Shown: in pieces, positions 1-8,585 of the stretch
Layout of the letters: each line of letters begins with the position of its first letter
How positions within the stretch are numbered: position 1 is the first letter of the stretch
NCBI RefSeq assembly: GCF_947501415.1
Contig: NZ_CANMVL010000022.1
Span: 2,873 to 66,872, forward strand
DNA length: 64,000 nt
Source: an uncultured Halomonas sp.
Lineage (GTDB): Bacteria; Pseudomonadota; Gammaproteobacteria; Pseudomonadales; Halomonadaceae
Direction of reading: 5' to 3'
The notes under the pieces: generated by a model
Seen by the model: the letters and a program-made list of their open reading frames with translations, nothing else
What the model was told of the DNA's origin: nothing
The model's database searches: none
Made by a program: the position numbers and the translations under genes

Positions 1-788
1 TCTCGCTCCTTCGAGCCCCTCTCGGGTGTCGTGCTCGCATCTTCAGGCGACTCGATGCCGCCGTAGATGGCGTCCAGTGCCTCCTTGTCGAACTCGACGG
101 GCGTGCCATCGAAGATCATGGTGCCATGTCTCAGGCCGACGATGCGGTCGGTGTAGCTCCTGGCCTGGGCCACGTTATGGATATTGATCAATACCGGCAG
201 CGATAGCTCGCTGGCCAGGCTCTGCAGCAGCATCATGATCTGCTCCGAGGTGCGTGGGTCCAGAGACGCCGTGGGCTCGTCGGCCAGCAGCACCTCCGGT
301 TCCTGCATCAGGGCACGCACCACCCCTACCCGCTGGCGCTCACCCCCTGAGAGCTCGTCGGCACGCTTGTTGGCATAGTGAGCGATCCCCACGCGTTCCA
401 TCAGTGCGAAGGCGCGCTCGATATCCTCCGCCGGAAAGCGGCGCGTCACGGCTTGGAAGAGGCTGACGTAGCCCAGCCGGCCGGCCAGCACGTTCTCCAT
501 CACGGTGAGGCGGTCGATCAGATTGAAGCCCTGGAAGACCATGCCGATCTTGCGTCGCACGCGGCGAAGCTCTCGGCGGCGAAGGTTGACGATCTCCGTG
601 CCGTTGAGCTTGATCGACCCTGAGGTGGGCTCCACGAGGCGGTTGATGCAGCGCAGCAGGGTGCTCTTGCCGGCGCCGGAGGCCCCGACGATGGCAACGA
701 CACTATTGCCCTCCACGGCAAGGTCGAGCCCCTTGAGTACGGGCTCGTCCTGACCGTAGCGCTTGATCAGGTTGGTTATCTCTAGCAT
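1..788 (-). CDS. phnC: Phosphonate/phosphate-ester ABC transporter ATP-binding protein, PhnC family (3' end runs off the window)
   Basis: Translated by hand from ATG at 788 (minus): MLEITNLIKRYGQDEPVLKGLDLAVEGNSVVAIVGASGAGKSTLLRCINRLVEPTSG. It has Walker A, an LSGGERQRV signature and LADEPTASLDP, and is open to base 1. Absent from the ORF track because there is no stop in the window. Confidence 0.85.
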   Translation of the reverse strand, partial: MLEITNLIKRYGQDEPVLKGLDLAVEGNSVVAIVGASGAGKSTLLRCINRLVEPTSGSIKLNGTEIVNLRRRELRRVRRKIGMVFQGFNLIDRLTVMENVLAGRLGYVSLFQAVTRRFPAEDIERAFALMERVGIAHYANKRADELSGGERQRVGVVRALMQEPEVLLADEPTASLDPRTSEQIMMLLQSLASELSLPVLINIHNVAQARSYTDRIVGLRHGTMIFDGTPVEFDKEALDAIYGGIESPEDASTTPERGSKER

Positions 789-880
789 GGGGGAGTCCAG
801 ACGGGCGAAAGGGCGAGGGGGTGACAGAGCAGAGACGCCGGCCTTGCCGCATCGGCCGGCGTCATCCCCTGAGGTCAGGG

Positions 881-1885
881 TTACTCGAGGTTATCGGGGG
901 TGTACTCGACCCCGTTGGCACTCTGGATGGTGCGGATCACCTTCCAGTGCTCCTGATAGTTGATGGGGATAAACTTCTCGACCCCCTCGAACTCCTCGCC
1001 CAGCTCGGTACCGGCGAAGTCGAAGCTGAAGAAGGCCTCCTCGATCCTGTCGACCAGGTCCGGGTGCAGGTTATGGGCATAGTTGTATGAGGTGGTCGGG
1101 AAGCTGTCCGACTCATAGAGGATCCTGACGTCATCCGGGTCATACAGACCACGAGCGGCCATGCGCTCGACGACCTCCGAGGCGACCGGGGCGGCATCAT
1201 AGTCCTGCGCCACCACCCCGAGCATGGACTGGTCGTGGCTCCCGGAATAGACCACCTCATAGTCTTCGCCTGGGACGATGCCCATCTCGGGGAACAGGGC
1301 GCGCGGCGCCTGGTTGCCGGAGTTGGAGGTGGGCGAGGTATGGGCGACCCGCTTGCCCTTGAGATCCTCCAGATCGTCGATGCCGGAGTCGACATGAGTA
1401 TAGAGCTGAAGGGTGTAGCCGAAGCGACCGTCGTCGGAGCCCATCAGCGCGAAGGGCACGGCCCCCGCCAGGTTGACGGCAAAGGGGGTGGGGCCGGTGG
1501 AGAAGCCGGCAATATGCAGGCGGCCGCTGCGCATCGCCTCGACCTGAGCAGAGTTGGACTGCACGGCGAAGAAGCGCACATCGCGTCCGGTCACCTCCTC
1601 GAGATGCTCGATGAATGGCTGCCAGATATCGGAATAGATCGCCGGATCTTCCACCGGGGTGTAGGCGAAGATCAGGGTGTCGGGGTCGGCCCACTCGGAC
1701 TCGTCGGTCGGGCGGTCGGCGACCATGTCGCCGTTCTCGTCACAGTAGATGGCATCCAGGGCGCCGCGTTCGCACTCCTCCTGAGCCTGGGCCTGGGTCG
1801 CGACCAGCAGGGAGAGGGGCAGCAGCGAGGAGAGGGCCAGCGTGGCGAGCGGGAGCTTTCGAGACCGGAAAGGATGGTGGATCAT
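881..1885 (-). CDS. phnD: PhnD-family (phosphate/phosphite/phosphonate) ABC substrate-binding protein
   Basis: Signal peptide followed by FAYTPVEDP, QSNSAQVEAMRSGRLHIAGFSTG and TSPTSNSG motifs typical of PhnD-type binding proteins. Start moved to MIHHPF (1885) behind a GAGG SD. Lies upstream of phnC. Confidence 0.8.
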   Translation of the reverse strand: MIHHPFRSRKLPLATLALSSLLPLSLLVATQAQAQEECERGALDAIYCDENGDMVADRPTDESEWADPDTLIFAYTPVEDPAIYSDIWQPFIEHLEEVTGRDVRFFAVQSNSAQVEAMRSGRLHIAGFSTGPTPFAVNLAGAVPFALMGSDDGRFGYTLQLYTHVDSGIDDLEDLKGKRVAHTSPTSNSGNQAPRALFPEMGIVPGEDYEVVYSGSHDQSMLGVVAQDYDAAPVASEVVERMAARGLYDPDDVRILYESDSFPTTSYNYAHNLHPDLVDRIEEAFFSFDFAGTELGEEFEGVEKFIPINYQEHWKVIRTIQSANGVEYTPDNLE

Positions 1886-1988
1886 GGTGTGCCTCGTGAG
1901 ATTATTGTTGTGTGACGCGTTCGGAAATCGACATATGGATGATTGATTCCGAATACCATCAACCCAATCTAGAGTTCGGGATGAAAGC

Positions 1989-2606
1989 ATGTCAACCACT
2001 TTCCCTGCCGTGAAAGGTGCGTGGCAGAACCGTTACCTGCTGATGCGCCATGGCCACAGCCTGGCCAACCAGCAGGGAGTGATCATCAGCTCGCCGGAAC
2101 GCGGACTGGCCGATTACGGCCTCTCCCGCCAGGGTCAACAGCAGCTCGATCGTCTGCTGTCTGTCTGGCACTGGGCGGTCCCCGACCGCATCCTGCATTC
2201 GGACTTTCGGCGTACCAGCGAGACGGCAAAGCGCATCGCAGGGCACTTCGGGCTCGCGCTCGACGCCGACCCGCGCCTGCGTGAACGCCACTTCGGTAGT
2301 CTCGAGGGCGAACAGGATGACCGCTATGCCGAGGTCTGGGCCAGTGATGCCCGCGATCCGGACCATCACCATGCGGGGGTGGAGAGCGTGGTCGAGGTGG
2401 CGGCACGGATGCGTGCGGTGATCGCCGAGCTGGAGCGGCGCCATAACGGGGAGAGCATCCTGCTGGTCAGCCACGGAGATCCGTTGCAGATCCTGCTGAC
2501 CGCCCTGGAGGGGCGTGAGCTGAGCCGGCATCGCGAGCGCGAGCCGCTCAGCCCGGCGAGCATCACCCCCTTGCCGTCGGCGCCTGCTGTTCCGGGTGAT
2601 GGCTGA
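1989..2606 (+). CDS. Histidine phosphatase (phosphoglycerate mutase-like) family protein
   Basis: LMRHGHS catalytic motif, SDFRRTSETA, LRERHFG and LVSHGD. Its 3' end overlaps the 3' end of convergent glpD by 44 bp. Confidence 0.85.
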   Translation: MSTTFPAVKGAWQNRYLLMRHGHSLANQQGVIISSPERGLADYGLSRQGQQQLDRLLSVWHWAVPDRILHSDFRRTSETAKRIAGHFGLALDADPRLRERHFGSLEGEQDDRYAEVWASDARDPDHHHAGVESVVEVAARMRAVIAELERRHNGESILLVSHGDPLQILLTALEGRELSRHREREPLSPASITPLPSAPAVPGDG

Positions 2607-4089
2607 TCCTTCGGGCCAGGTAGTGATCCAGCCGTTGTTGCTGGTCGGCTGTCAGGCTCAGTCCGAGCTTGGTTCGCCGCCACAGGATGTCATCGAGGGA
2701 GCGAGCCCACTCCCGTTCGATAAGGTAGTCCACCTCGGCGGCCGTCAGTCCGGCGCCGAACGCCTCGCCGAGAGCGGCCTGGGAGTCCTTGCCGTCGAGA
2801 AAGGTATGGCACAGGCTGCCATAGGTGCGTGCAAAGCGCCGCGCCTGGGCAGTATCCAGAAAGGGGTAGGTCGTCAGCAGGTGTGCTTCGAAGCCGGCCT
2901 GGTCGCCGAAATCCCCTCCGGGCAGTGGGGTGGCGGCGGTCCAGGCGGCGGCCATCCTTGGTAGATATGGGCTCAGGGCCGTCAGGGCCGCCTCGGCGAG
3001 CTTTCGGTAGGTGGTGATCTTGCCGCCGAATACCGAGAGCAAGGGGGCGCCCCGGGTGTCCAGGTCGAGGGTATAGTCTCGGGTCATGGCCGAAGGATCC
3101 GCCGACTCGTCGTCGCAGAGTGGGCGTACGCCGGAGAAGGTGCGGATAACGTCATCACGGGTAAGCCGGGCGGTGAAGTGAGCATTGATCACCGAGAGCA
3201 GGTAGTCGACCTCCTCCTCGCTGGCTTCGACCTTGGCGGGGTCACCCCGGTAGCGCCGGTCGGTGGTGCCGATCAGGCTGAATTCCTGGTCATAGGGCAG
3301 CACGAAGACGATGCGTCCGTCGGTGTTCTGAAGGATAAACGCCCGCTCATCCTGATTGAGCCGTGGCACCACCAGATGGCTGCCCTGGATCAGGCGCACC
3401 CCGTAGCGTGAAGTCCTTCTGGCCTGGCGACTCACCACCTCTTCCACCCATGGGCCGGCGGCGTTGACCAGGGTGCGGCAACGCCGGGTCAGGCGTCGCC
3501 CCGAGTCACACTCTTCCAGCTCGATCTCCCATTGTCCCTCTGCCTCCTTGATCCCGGTACAGCGTGTGCCGACCATGATCTCGGCGCCGTTGTCGCGGGC
3601 CTGGATGGCATTCAGCACCACCAGGCGGGCGTCATCCACCCAGCAGTCGGAGTATTCGAATCCGCGAGTGATCTCGGGGATTAGGCCCAGGTCTGGAGTA
3701 AGCGTGATGGCCCGTGAGCCAGGCAGTTTCTTGCGCTTGCCGAGATGATCGTAAAGAAACAGTCCGGCACGCAACATCCAGGTCGGGCGCAGGTGAGAGC
3801 GGTGCGGGAGGATGAAGCGCAGTGGCCAGATGATATGCGGGGCCTTGGCGAGCAGCACCTCACGCTCGCGCAGGGCCTCGCGCACCAGGCGAAACTCGTG
3901 ATGCTCCAGATAGCGCAAGCCACCGTGGATCAGCTTGCTGCTGGCCGACGAGGTGGCGCCGGCGAGGTCCCCCTGTTCGCACAGGCCGACCGTCAGGCCA
4001 CGGCCGGCGGCATCGTTGGCAATGCCGCTGCCGTTGATGCCGCCGCCGATCACGAAGAGGTCGAGCACCTCATCGGACGTATCGTACAT
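2563..4089 (-). CDS. glpD: Aerobic glycerol-3-phosphate dehydrogenase
   Basis: DLFVIGGGINGSGIA FAD motif, ATSSASSKLIHGGLRYLE and SVFGGKITTYRKLAE. Start moved to MYDTSDE (4089). Confidence 0.97.
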   Translation of the reverse strand: MYDTSDEVLDLFVIGGGINGSGIANDAAGRGLTVGLCEQGDLAGATSSASSKLIHGGLRYLEHHEFRLVREALREREVLLAKAPHIIWPLRFILPHRSHLRPTWMLRAGLFLYDHLGKRKKLPGSRAITLTPDLGLIPEITRGFEYSDCWVDDARLVVLNAIQARDNGAEIMVGTRCTGIKEAEGQWEIELEECDSGRRLTRRCRTLVNAAGPWVEEVVSRQARRTSRYGVRLIQGSHLVVPRLNQDERAFILQNTDGRIVFVLPYDQEFSLIGTTDRRYRGDPAKVEASEEEVDYLLSVINAHFTARLTRDDVIRTFSGVRPLCDDESADPSAMTRDYTLDLDTRGAPLLSVFGGKITTYRKLAEAALTALSPYLPRMAAAWTAATPLPGGDFGDQAGFEAHLLTTYPFLDTAQARRFARTYGSLCHTFLDGKDSQAALGEAFGAGLTAAEVDYLIEREWARSLDDILWRRTKLGLSLTADQQQRLDHYLARRISHHPEQQAPTARG

Positions 4090-4122
4090 GGGGCTTCCTT
4101 CCGGAGTATCCGGTGTTGCGTG

Positions 4123-4161
4123 ATGTTTGAATTCGAAAATAGATGAAAACAAAACGAACAT
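4123..4161. promoter_or_regulatory. Two tandem GlpR-type operators upstream of glpD
   Basis: ATGTTTGAATTCGAAAAT (4123-4140, imperfect ATGTTCG-N4-CGAACAT palindrome) and AAAACGAACAT ending at 4161. Both match the E. coli GlpR half-site WATGTTCGWT. Confidence 0.7.
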
Positions 4162-4267
4162 CAAGGCGCGGCCTTGCCCCGGGCCCGGCAGGTCAGCGTG
4201 TGTACCTCGGGCAAGGGGTATCGGGCGGGGTCGTCAGGCGAGGGGGTGTCGGGCGAGAGTGCTGGAG

Positions 4268-5026
4268 TCAGGCGATATGCAGCGCTACATCATGCTGCTC
4301 GAGCAGGCGGCAGATGGCGTCGGGGGGTGTTCGGTCGGTAAACAGGGCGTCGAGCTGGGCCAGGTTGCCCTGGCGAACCACCGGGTTGCGCTGGAACTTG
4401 GAGTGGTCGGTGGCCAGAAAGACCTTGCGGGAGTTGCGGATGATGGCCTGAGCCACCCGCACCTCCTGATAGTCGAACTCCAGCAGTGAGCCATCCTCGT
4501 CGATGCCGCTGATGCCGATGATGCCGAAGTCGACCTTGAACTGGTTGATGAAGTCGATGGTCGCCTCGCCGATGATGCCGCCATCGCGGGAGCGAACCTG
4601 TCCGCCGGCGATGATCACGTTGAAGTCCTCCTTGTGCTGGAGAATCGCCGCCACATTGAGGTTGTTGGTGATCACCTCCAGCCCCTGGTGAGCGAGCAGA
4701 GCCTCGGCGATCACCTCGTTGCTGGTGCCGATATTGATGAACAGCGAGGAGTGGTCGGGCACGTGCCGGGCGAGCAGGGCGGCGATACGCTGCTTGGCCT
4801 CGAGATTTAGGGTCTTGCGGGTCGAGTAGGCGGTATTGACGGTGCTCGACTCCAGGCCAGCCCCACCATGGACGCGGCGGATGCGCCCCTCGGCGGAGAG
4901 GGTGTTGAGGTCGCGGCGGATGGTCTGGGGTGTGACCGCGAAGTGTTCGGTGAGCTGCTCGATACTGGCATAGCCCTGGCGACGCACCAGCTCGATGATC
5001 GCGTCCTGGCGTTGCTGTTGATTCAT
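4268..5026 (-). CDS. glpR: DeoR-family glycerol-3-phosphate regulon repressor
   Basis: [18 protein letters not shown]...[10 protein letters not shown] helix-turn-helix plus DeoR sensor domain, located between glpD and glpK. Start moved to 5026. Confidence 0.95.
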   Translation of the reverse strand: MNQQQRQDAIIELVRRQGYASIEQLTEHFAVTPQTIRRDLNTLSAEGRIRRVHGGAGLESSTVNTAYSTRKTLNLEAKQRIAALLARHVPDHSSLFINIGTSNEVIAEALLAHQGLEVITNNLNVAAILQHKEDFNVIIAGGQVRSRDGGIIGEATIDFINQFKVDFGIIGISGIDEDGSLLEFDYQEVRVAQAIIRNSRKVFLATDHSKFQRNPVVRQGNLAQLDALFTDRTPPDAICRLLEQHDVALHIA

Positions 5027-5138
5027 GGGGTCTCCTCGGCTTCCCGGAGTTTTTTCATCGCCTTCATCGTCACGGCCCTCGCGGGCGGCGTGTCGGCGCA
5101 TTGGCGTTTGAGCGCGGTGATCGACTGGAGTAGTCTGA

Positions 5139-5156
5139 ATGATCATAAACGAACAT
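5139..5156. promoter_or_regulatory. GlpR-type operator in the glpR/glpK divergent region
   Basis: ATGATCATAAACGAACAT; its reverse complement ATGTTCGTTTATGATCAT matches the site at 15442 at 16 of 18 positions. Confidence 0.75.
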
Positions 5157-5210
5157 TGCCGTCAGGGCTTCGCCCAGGCTTGCCGTTAACCCCGTCACAG
5201 GATGCTTGCC

Positions 5211-6695
5211 ATGGCTTCATACCTTCTGGCCATCGACCAGGGCACTACCAGCTCCCGCGCTATCCTCTTCGGCCGCCATGGGGAGTGCGTGGCCTCGGCA
5301 CAGCGTGAGTTTCCCCAGCACTTTCCCCACGATGGCTGGATCGAGCATGACCCCGAGGATATCTGGGAGAGCGTGCTCGCCACCTGTCGCGAGGTGCTGA
5401 CCAAGGCGGGTGTGGCCCCCCAGGCGATCGACGGGGTCGGTATCACCAATCAACGCGAGACGACCCTGGTATGGGATCGGAACACCGGGGAGCCGCTGTA
5501 TAACGCCATCGTCTGGCAGGACCGTCGCACCGACGAGGCGTGCCAGGCCTTGCGCCGGGCGGGTCATCTGGATGATGTTCAGGCGCGGACCGGTTTGCTG
5601 ATCGATCCCTACTTCTCGGCCACCAAGCTGGCCTGGCTGCTCGATGAGGTGCCTGATGCCCGGGCCCGGGCCGAGCGTGGCGAGCTGGCCTTCGGCACCG
5701 TCGATACCTTCCTGGTCTGGCGTCTGACCGGTGGCCGAGTGCATGCCACCGATGCCACCAACGCCTCGCGTACGGCCCTGTTCAATATCCATGAGCAGTG
5801 TTGGGACGAGGCGCTGCTGGCCCTGTTCGATATTCCGGCGAGCCTGCTGCCCGAGGTCAAGGACTCCAGCGACGACTTCGGTGTACTGGAGCGCCAGTGG
5901 CTGGGGCATGAGCCGCCCATCGCCGGGGTGGCGGGCGACCAGCAGGCCGCCCTGGTCGGCCAGGCCTGCTTCTCGCCGGGCATGGGCAAGAGTACCTATG
6001 GCACCGGCTGCTTCATGATCGTCAACACCGGGGAGAGCCCCGAGGTCTCGCGTAACCGCCTGCTGACCACGGTGGCCTATCGGCTGAATGGCAAACCCAC
6101 CTACGCCATGGAGGGCAGCATCTTCGTGGCGGGGGCCACCGTGCAGTGGCTGCGAGACGGCCTGCGGCTGTTTGCCGATGCCGCCGAGACGGAAGCCCTG
6201 GCCTGCCAGACCCGCAGTGGACACAGCGTCTATCTGGTGCCGGCCTTTACCGGTCTCGGAGCACCGCACTGGGACCCCAGGGCGCGAGGTGCCATTCTTG
6301 GTCTGACCCGAGACACCGGGATTGCAGAGATCGTGGCCGCCGGGCTGCAGGCCGTCTGCTATCAGACTCGGGACCTGCAGGAGTGCATGGATGACGACAT
6401 GGCGGCATCCCCGGGCATCCTGCGGGTCGATGGCGGCATGGTCGCCAACAACTGGGTGATGCAGTTTCTCGCCGACATGCTCGGTGTGCCGGTGGACCGA
6501 CCGACGGTGCTGGAGACCACGGCACTCGGCGCCGCCTATCTCGCCGGCCTGCGCCTGGGGTGGTATCGCGACCTCGAGGAGATTGCCGGGCTGTGGCGGT
6601 GTGAAAGGCGATTTTCGCCGCAGATGGACGAGGGGGAGCGTGAGCGCCTCTATGCCGGCTGGAAGGAGGCCGTCGAGCGGGTGCGCACCCAGTAG
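5211..6695 (+). CDS. glpK: Glycerol kinase
   Basis: [40 protein letters not shown] and RVDGGMVAN motifs. Confidence 0.98.
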   Translation: MASYLLAIDQGTTSSRAILFGRHGECVASAQREFPQHFPHDGWIEHDPEDIWESVLATCREVLTKAGVAPQAIDGVGITNQRETTLVWDRNTGEPLYNAIVWQDRRTDEACQALRRAGHLDDVQARTGLLIDPYFSATKLAWLLDEVPDARARAERGELAFGTVDTFLVWRLTGGRVHATDATNASRTALFNIHEQCWDEALLALFDIPASLLPEVKDSSDDFGVLERQWLGHEPPIAGVAGDQQAALVGQACFSPGMGKSTYGTGCFMIVNTGESPEVSRNRLLTTVAYRLNGKPTYAMEGSIFVAGATVQWLRDGLRLFADAAETEALACQTRSGHSVYLVPAFTGLGAPHWDPRARGAILGLTRDTGIAEIVAAGLQAVCYQTRDLQECMDDDMAASPGILRVDGGMVANNWVMQFLADMLGVPVDRPTVLETTALGAAYLAGLRLGWYRDLEEIAGLWRCERRFSPQMDEGERERLYAGWKEAVERVRTQ

Positions 6696-6747
6696 CCCTG
6701 TGCCGGGCCAAGATGCTGATTCCTCGGCCTTGGCGGGAATATTGGGC

Positions 6748-6775
6748 TTGCATTTTCGGAGCGGATGGGTAGAAT
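6748..6775 (+). promoter_or_regulatory. Sigma70 promoter of the tRNA-Val pair
   Basis: TTGCAT (6748-6753), 16-bp spacer, TAGAAT (6770-6775), about 45 bp upstream of the first tRNA. Confidence 0.7.
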
Positions 6776-6819
6776 ACGCATCCGTTGCCACGCATGATGT
6801 CATGCAGCAGGCGAGATGC

Positions 6820-6896
6820 AGGACCATAGCTCAGTTGGTTAGAGCGCCACGTTGACATCGTGGAGGTCGGCGGTTCAAATCCGCCTGGTCCTACCA
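6820..6896 (+). tRNA. tRNA-Val(GAC), copy 1
   Basis: Acceptor stem AGGACCA/TGGTCCT, D arm, anticodon stem CCACG-TTGACAT-CGTGG, GGTTCAAATCC T-loop and encoded CCA; 77 nt. Confidence 0.97.
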
Positions 6897-6921
6897 AGTC
6901 TCACCTCTGGCAGCATTTCTT

Positions 6922-6998
6922 AGGACCATAGCTCAGTTGGTTAGAGCGCCACGTTGACATCGTGGAGGTCGGCGGTTCAAATCCGCCTGGTCCTACCA
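6922..6998 (+). tRNA. tRNA-Val(GAC), copy 2
   Basis: Identical 77-nt copy after a 25-bp spacer. Confidence 0.97.
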
Positions 6999-7005
6999 GA
7001 TTCCG

Positions 7006-7038
7006 AATCACCCCCGCAGCCTCGCTGCGGGGGTGATT
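7006..7038. terminator. Bidirectional intrinsic terminator between the tRNAs and msrC
   Basis: Perfect 15-bp stem AATCACCCCCGCAGC-CTC-GCTGCGGGGGTGATT. Confidence 0.85.
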
Positions 7039-7053
7039 TGCTATGCGAGCGCG

Positions 7054-7512
7054 CTAGGTGAGGTCGGTGCGCTCGATAAAGGTGGCGACCAGGGCCTCGA
7101 CTCCCTCCCGATCGACCGCGCTGAAGCGGCCTTGCCTCGGGCTGTCCAGATCGAGTACGCCCCACAGGTCATCGTTCACGATGACAGGCACGACCAGCTC
7201 GGACCGCGATGCCGCATCGCAGGCGATATGGTCGGCCACGGCATGGACGTCATCCACCCGCTGGGTGGTGCGAGTGCGTGCCGCAGCACCGCACACGCCC
7301 TTGCTGAAGGGGATCGGGTGGCAGGCCGGCTTGCCCTGGAAGGGGCCCAGGGTAAGCAGTTCGGGCTCGCCCTGTAGATAGAAACCGACCCAGTTGAGGT
7401 CGGGTACCTGCTCCATGATGAAGGCGCATGTCTGGGCGCTATTGGTCAGCCAGTCTCGGGTATCCAGCAGCGCTGCCAGTTGGCGGTTCAGCAGCGAGTA
7501 GTCGGGTGTCAT
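7054..7512 (-). CDS. msrC: GAF-domain free methionine-(R)-sulfoxide reductase
   Basis: NWVGFY, LGPFQGKPAC, IPFSKGVCG, HIACDAASRSELVVP and LDLDSP motifs of the fRMsr/YebR family. Start moved to MTPDYSLL. Confidence 0.9.
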   Translation of the reverse strand: MTPDYSLLNRQLAALLDTRDWLTNSAQTCAFIMEQVPDLNWVGFYLQGEPELLTLGPFQGKPACHPIPFSKGVCGAAARTRTTQRVDDVHAVADHIACDAASRSELVVPVIVNDDLWGVLDLDSPRQGRFSAVDREGVEALVATFIERTDLT

Positions 7513-7530
7513 CTTGGCTCCTTGAAACGC

Positions 7531-7556
7531 AAGGGCCGGCCTCGCGGCCGGCCCTT
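7531..7556. terminator. GC-rich hairpin downstream of metQ (possible weak terminator)
   Basis: AAGGGCCGGCC-TCGC-GGCCGGCCCTT, 11-bp perfect stem with a poor U-tract. Confidence 0.5.
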
Positions 7557-7581
7557 TAGCTATCCGAGTCATTTGTCACTC

Positions 7582-7695
7582 GGGGCTGATCCGTCGCCAA
7601 GCCTTCGAGGAGGCGCTGTGAACCCTTCCCTGGGCGCTACCGACGCCGTCCATGGCGTAGGACCTCCTCTTCGGCTTGCCCCCGGTGCCCCTCGC
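7582..7695. repeat. Structured intergenic repeat, copy A
   Basis: Aligns over about 90 nt with 24309-24414; multi-stem inverted-repeat structure with compensatory changes. Confidence 0.85.
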
Positions 7696-7714
7696 GGCAG
7701 GCAATCAAGCTACC

Positions 7715-8509
7715 TTACTTCCAGCCGGGTACCGCCTGGGCGCCAAAGAGCTCCTCGGCCTTGGCCTCGACCGCCTCGGTCTGATAGGCCTTGACCAGCT
7801 GCTGGATCGCCTCACGCTCCTCGTCACCGCCACGCACGGCGATCAGGTTGACATAGGGAGACTCCGGGCCCTCCTTGATCAGGGCGTCATCCAGGGTCAG
7901 GCCGGCGGGCTGGGCGAAGGTGTTGTTGATAAAGGCCATGTCCACATCGGGCAGCACCCGCGGCAGCTGGGCGGCTTCGATCTCGCGGAACTCGAAGTCA
8001 CGCGGATTGGCGGCGATATCCAGCGGGGTGGCCTCGAGGTTCTCGGGATCCGTCAGCTCCAGCAGTCCCAGATTATGCATCAGGATCAGGGAGCGGCCCT
8101 CGTTGGAAGGGTCGTTGGGTAGGGCGATGGTGGCGCCGTCCGGGAGCTCCTCGATGCTGTCGTACTTGTCGGAGTAGGCGCCGATGGGGTAGACGAAGGT
8201 ATAGCCGGCGACGGCGAAGTCGTAGCCACGATCCTCCACCATGGAGCGCATGTAGGGTTCGTGCTGGTAGGCGTTGGCGTCGAGGCTGCCGTCGGCCAGG
8301 GCGGCATTGGGGGTGACGTAGTCGGTGAACTCGATGATCTCCACCTCGAGGCCATACTCGCGCTGGGCGATCTCGGCGGCGACCTCCATCACCTGGGTCT
8401 CGGGGCCGGCGACGGTGCCGACCTTGATGGCGTGATCATCGGCGAGGGCGGCGCCGGCACTCAGGGCCAGGGCGGAGGCGAGGGCGGTAGTGAGCAGTGT
8501 CTTGTGCAT
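7715..8509 (-). CDS. metQ: Methionine ABC transporter substrate-binding protein (MetQ/NlpA family)
   Basis: IKVG, FTDYVTPNAALADGSLDANAYQHEPY, IALPNDPSNEGRSL and SPYVNLIAVR. No lipobox cysteine seen in the signal peptide. Confidence 0.93.
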   Translation of the reverse strand: MHKTLLTTALASALALSAGAALADDHAIKVGTVAGPETQVMEVAAEIAQREYGLEVEIIEFTDYVTPNAALADGSLDANAYQHEPYMRSMVEDRGYDFAVAGYTFVYPIGAYSDKYDSIEELPDGATIALPNDPSNEGRSLILMHNLGLLELTDPENLEATPLDIAANPRDFEFREIEAAQLPRVLPDVDMAFINNTFAQPAGLTLDDALIKEGPESPYVNLIAVRGGDEEREAIQQLVKAYQTEAVEAKAEELFGAQAVPGWK

Positions 8510-8585
8510 GAGGCGGAATCTCCAGGTCTCGAGTCGGTGGAAATGATGATAACGAAATAAGAATAAAGATTTAAATAGCTTTTGG

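Noticed and set aside
1886-1988. Pho box upstream of phnD
   Set aside because: Only one GTCAC-like half-site is present; the 11-bp-period tandem CTGTCAT repeat is not.
6896-7054. tRNA 3' end as an integration site for a genomic island
   Set aside because: No integrase, no partial tRNA att duplicate downstream, and housekeeping genes follow directly.
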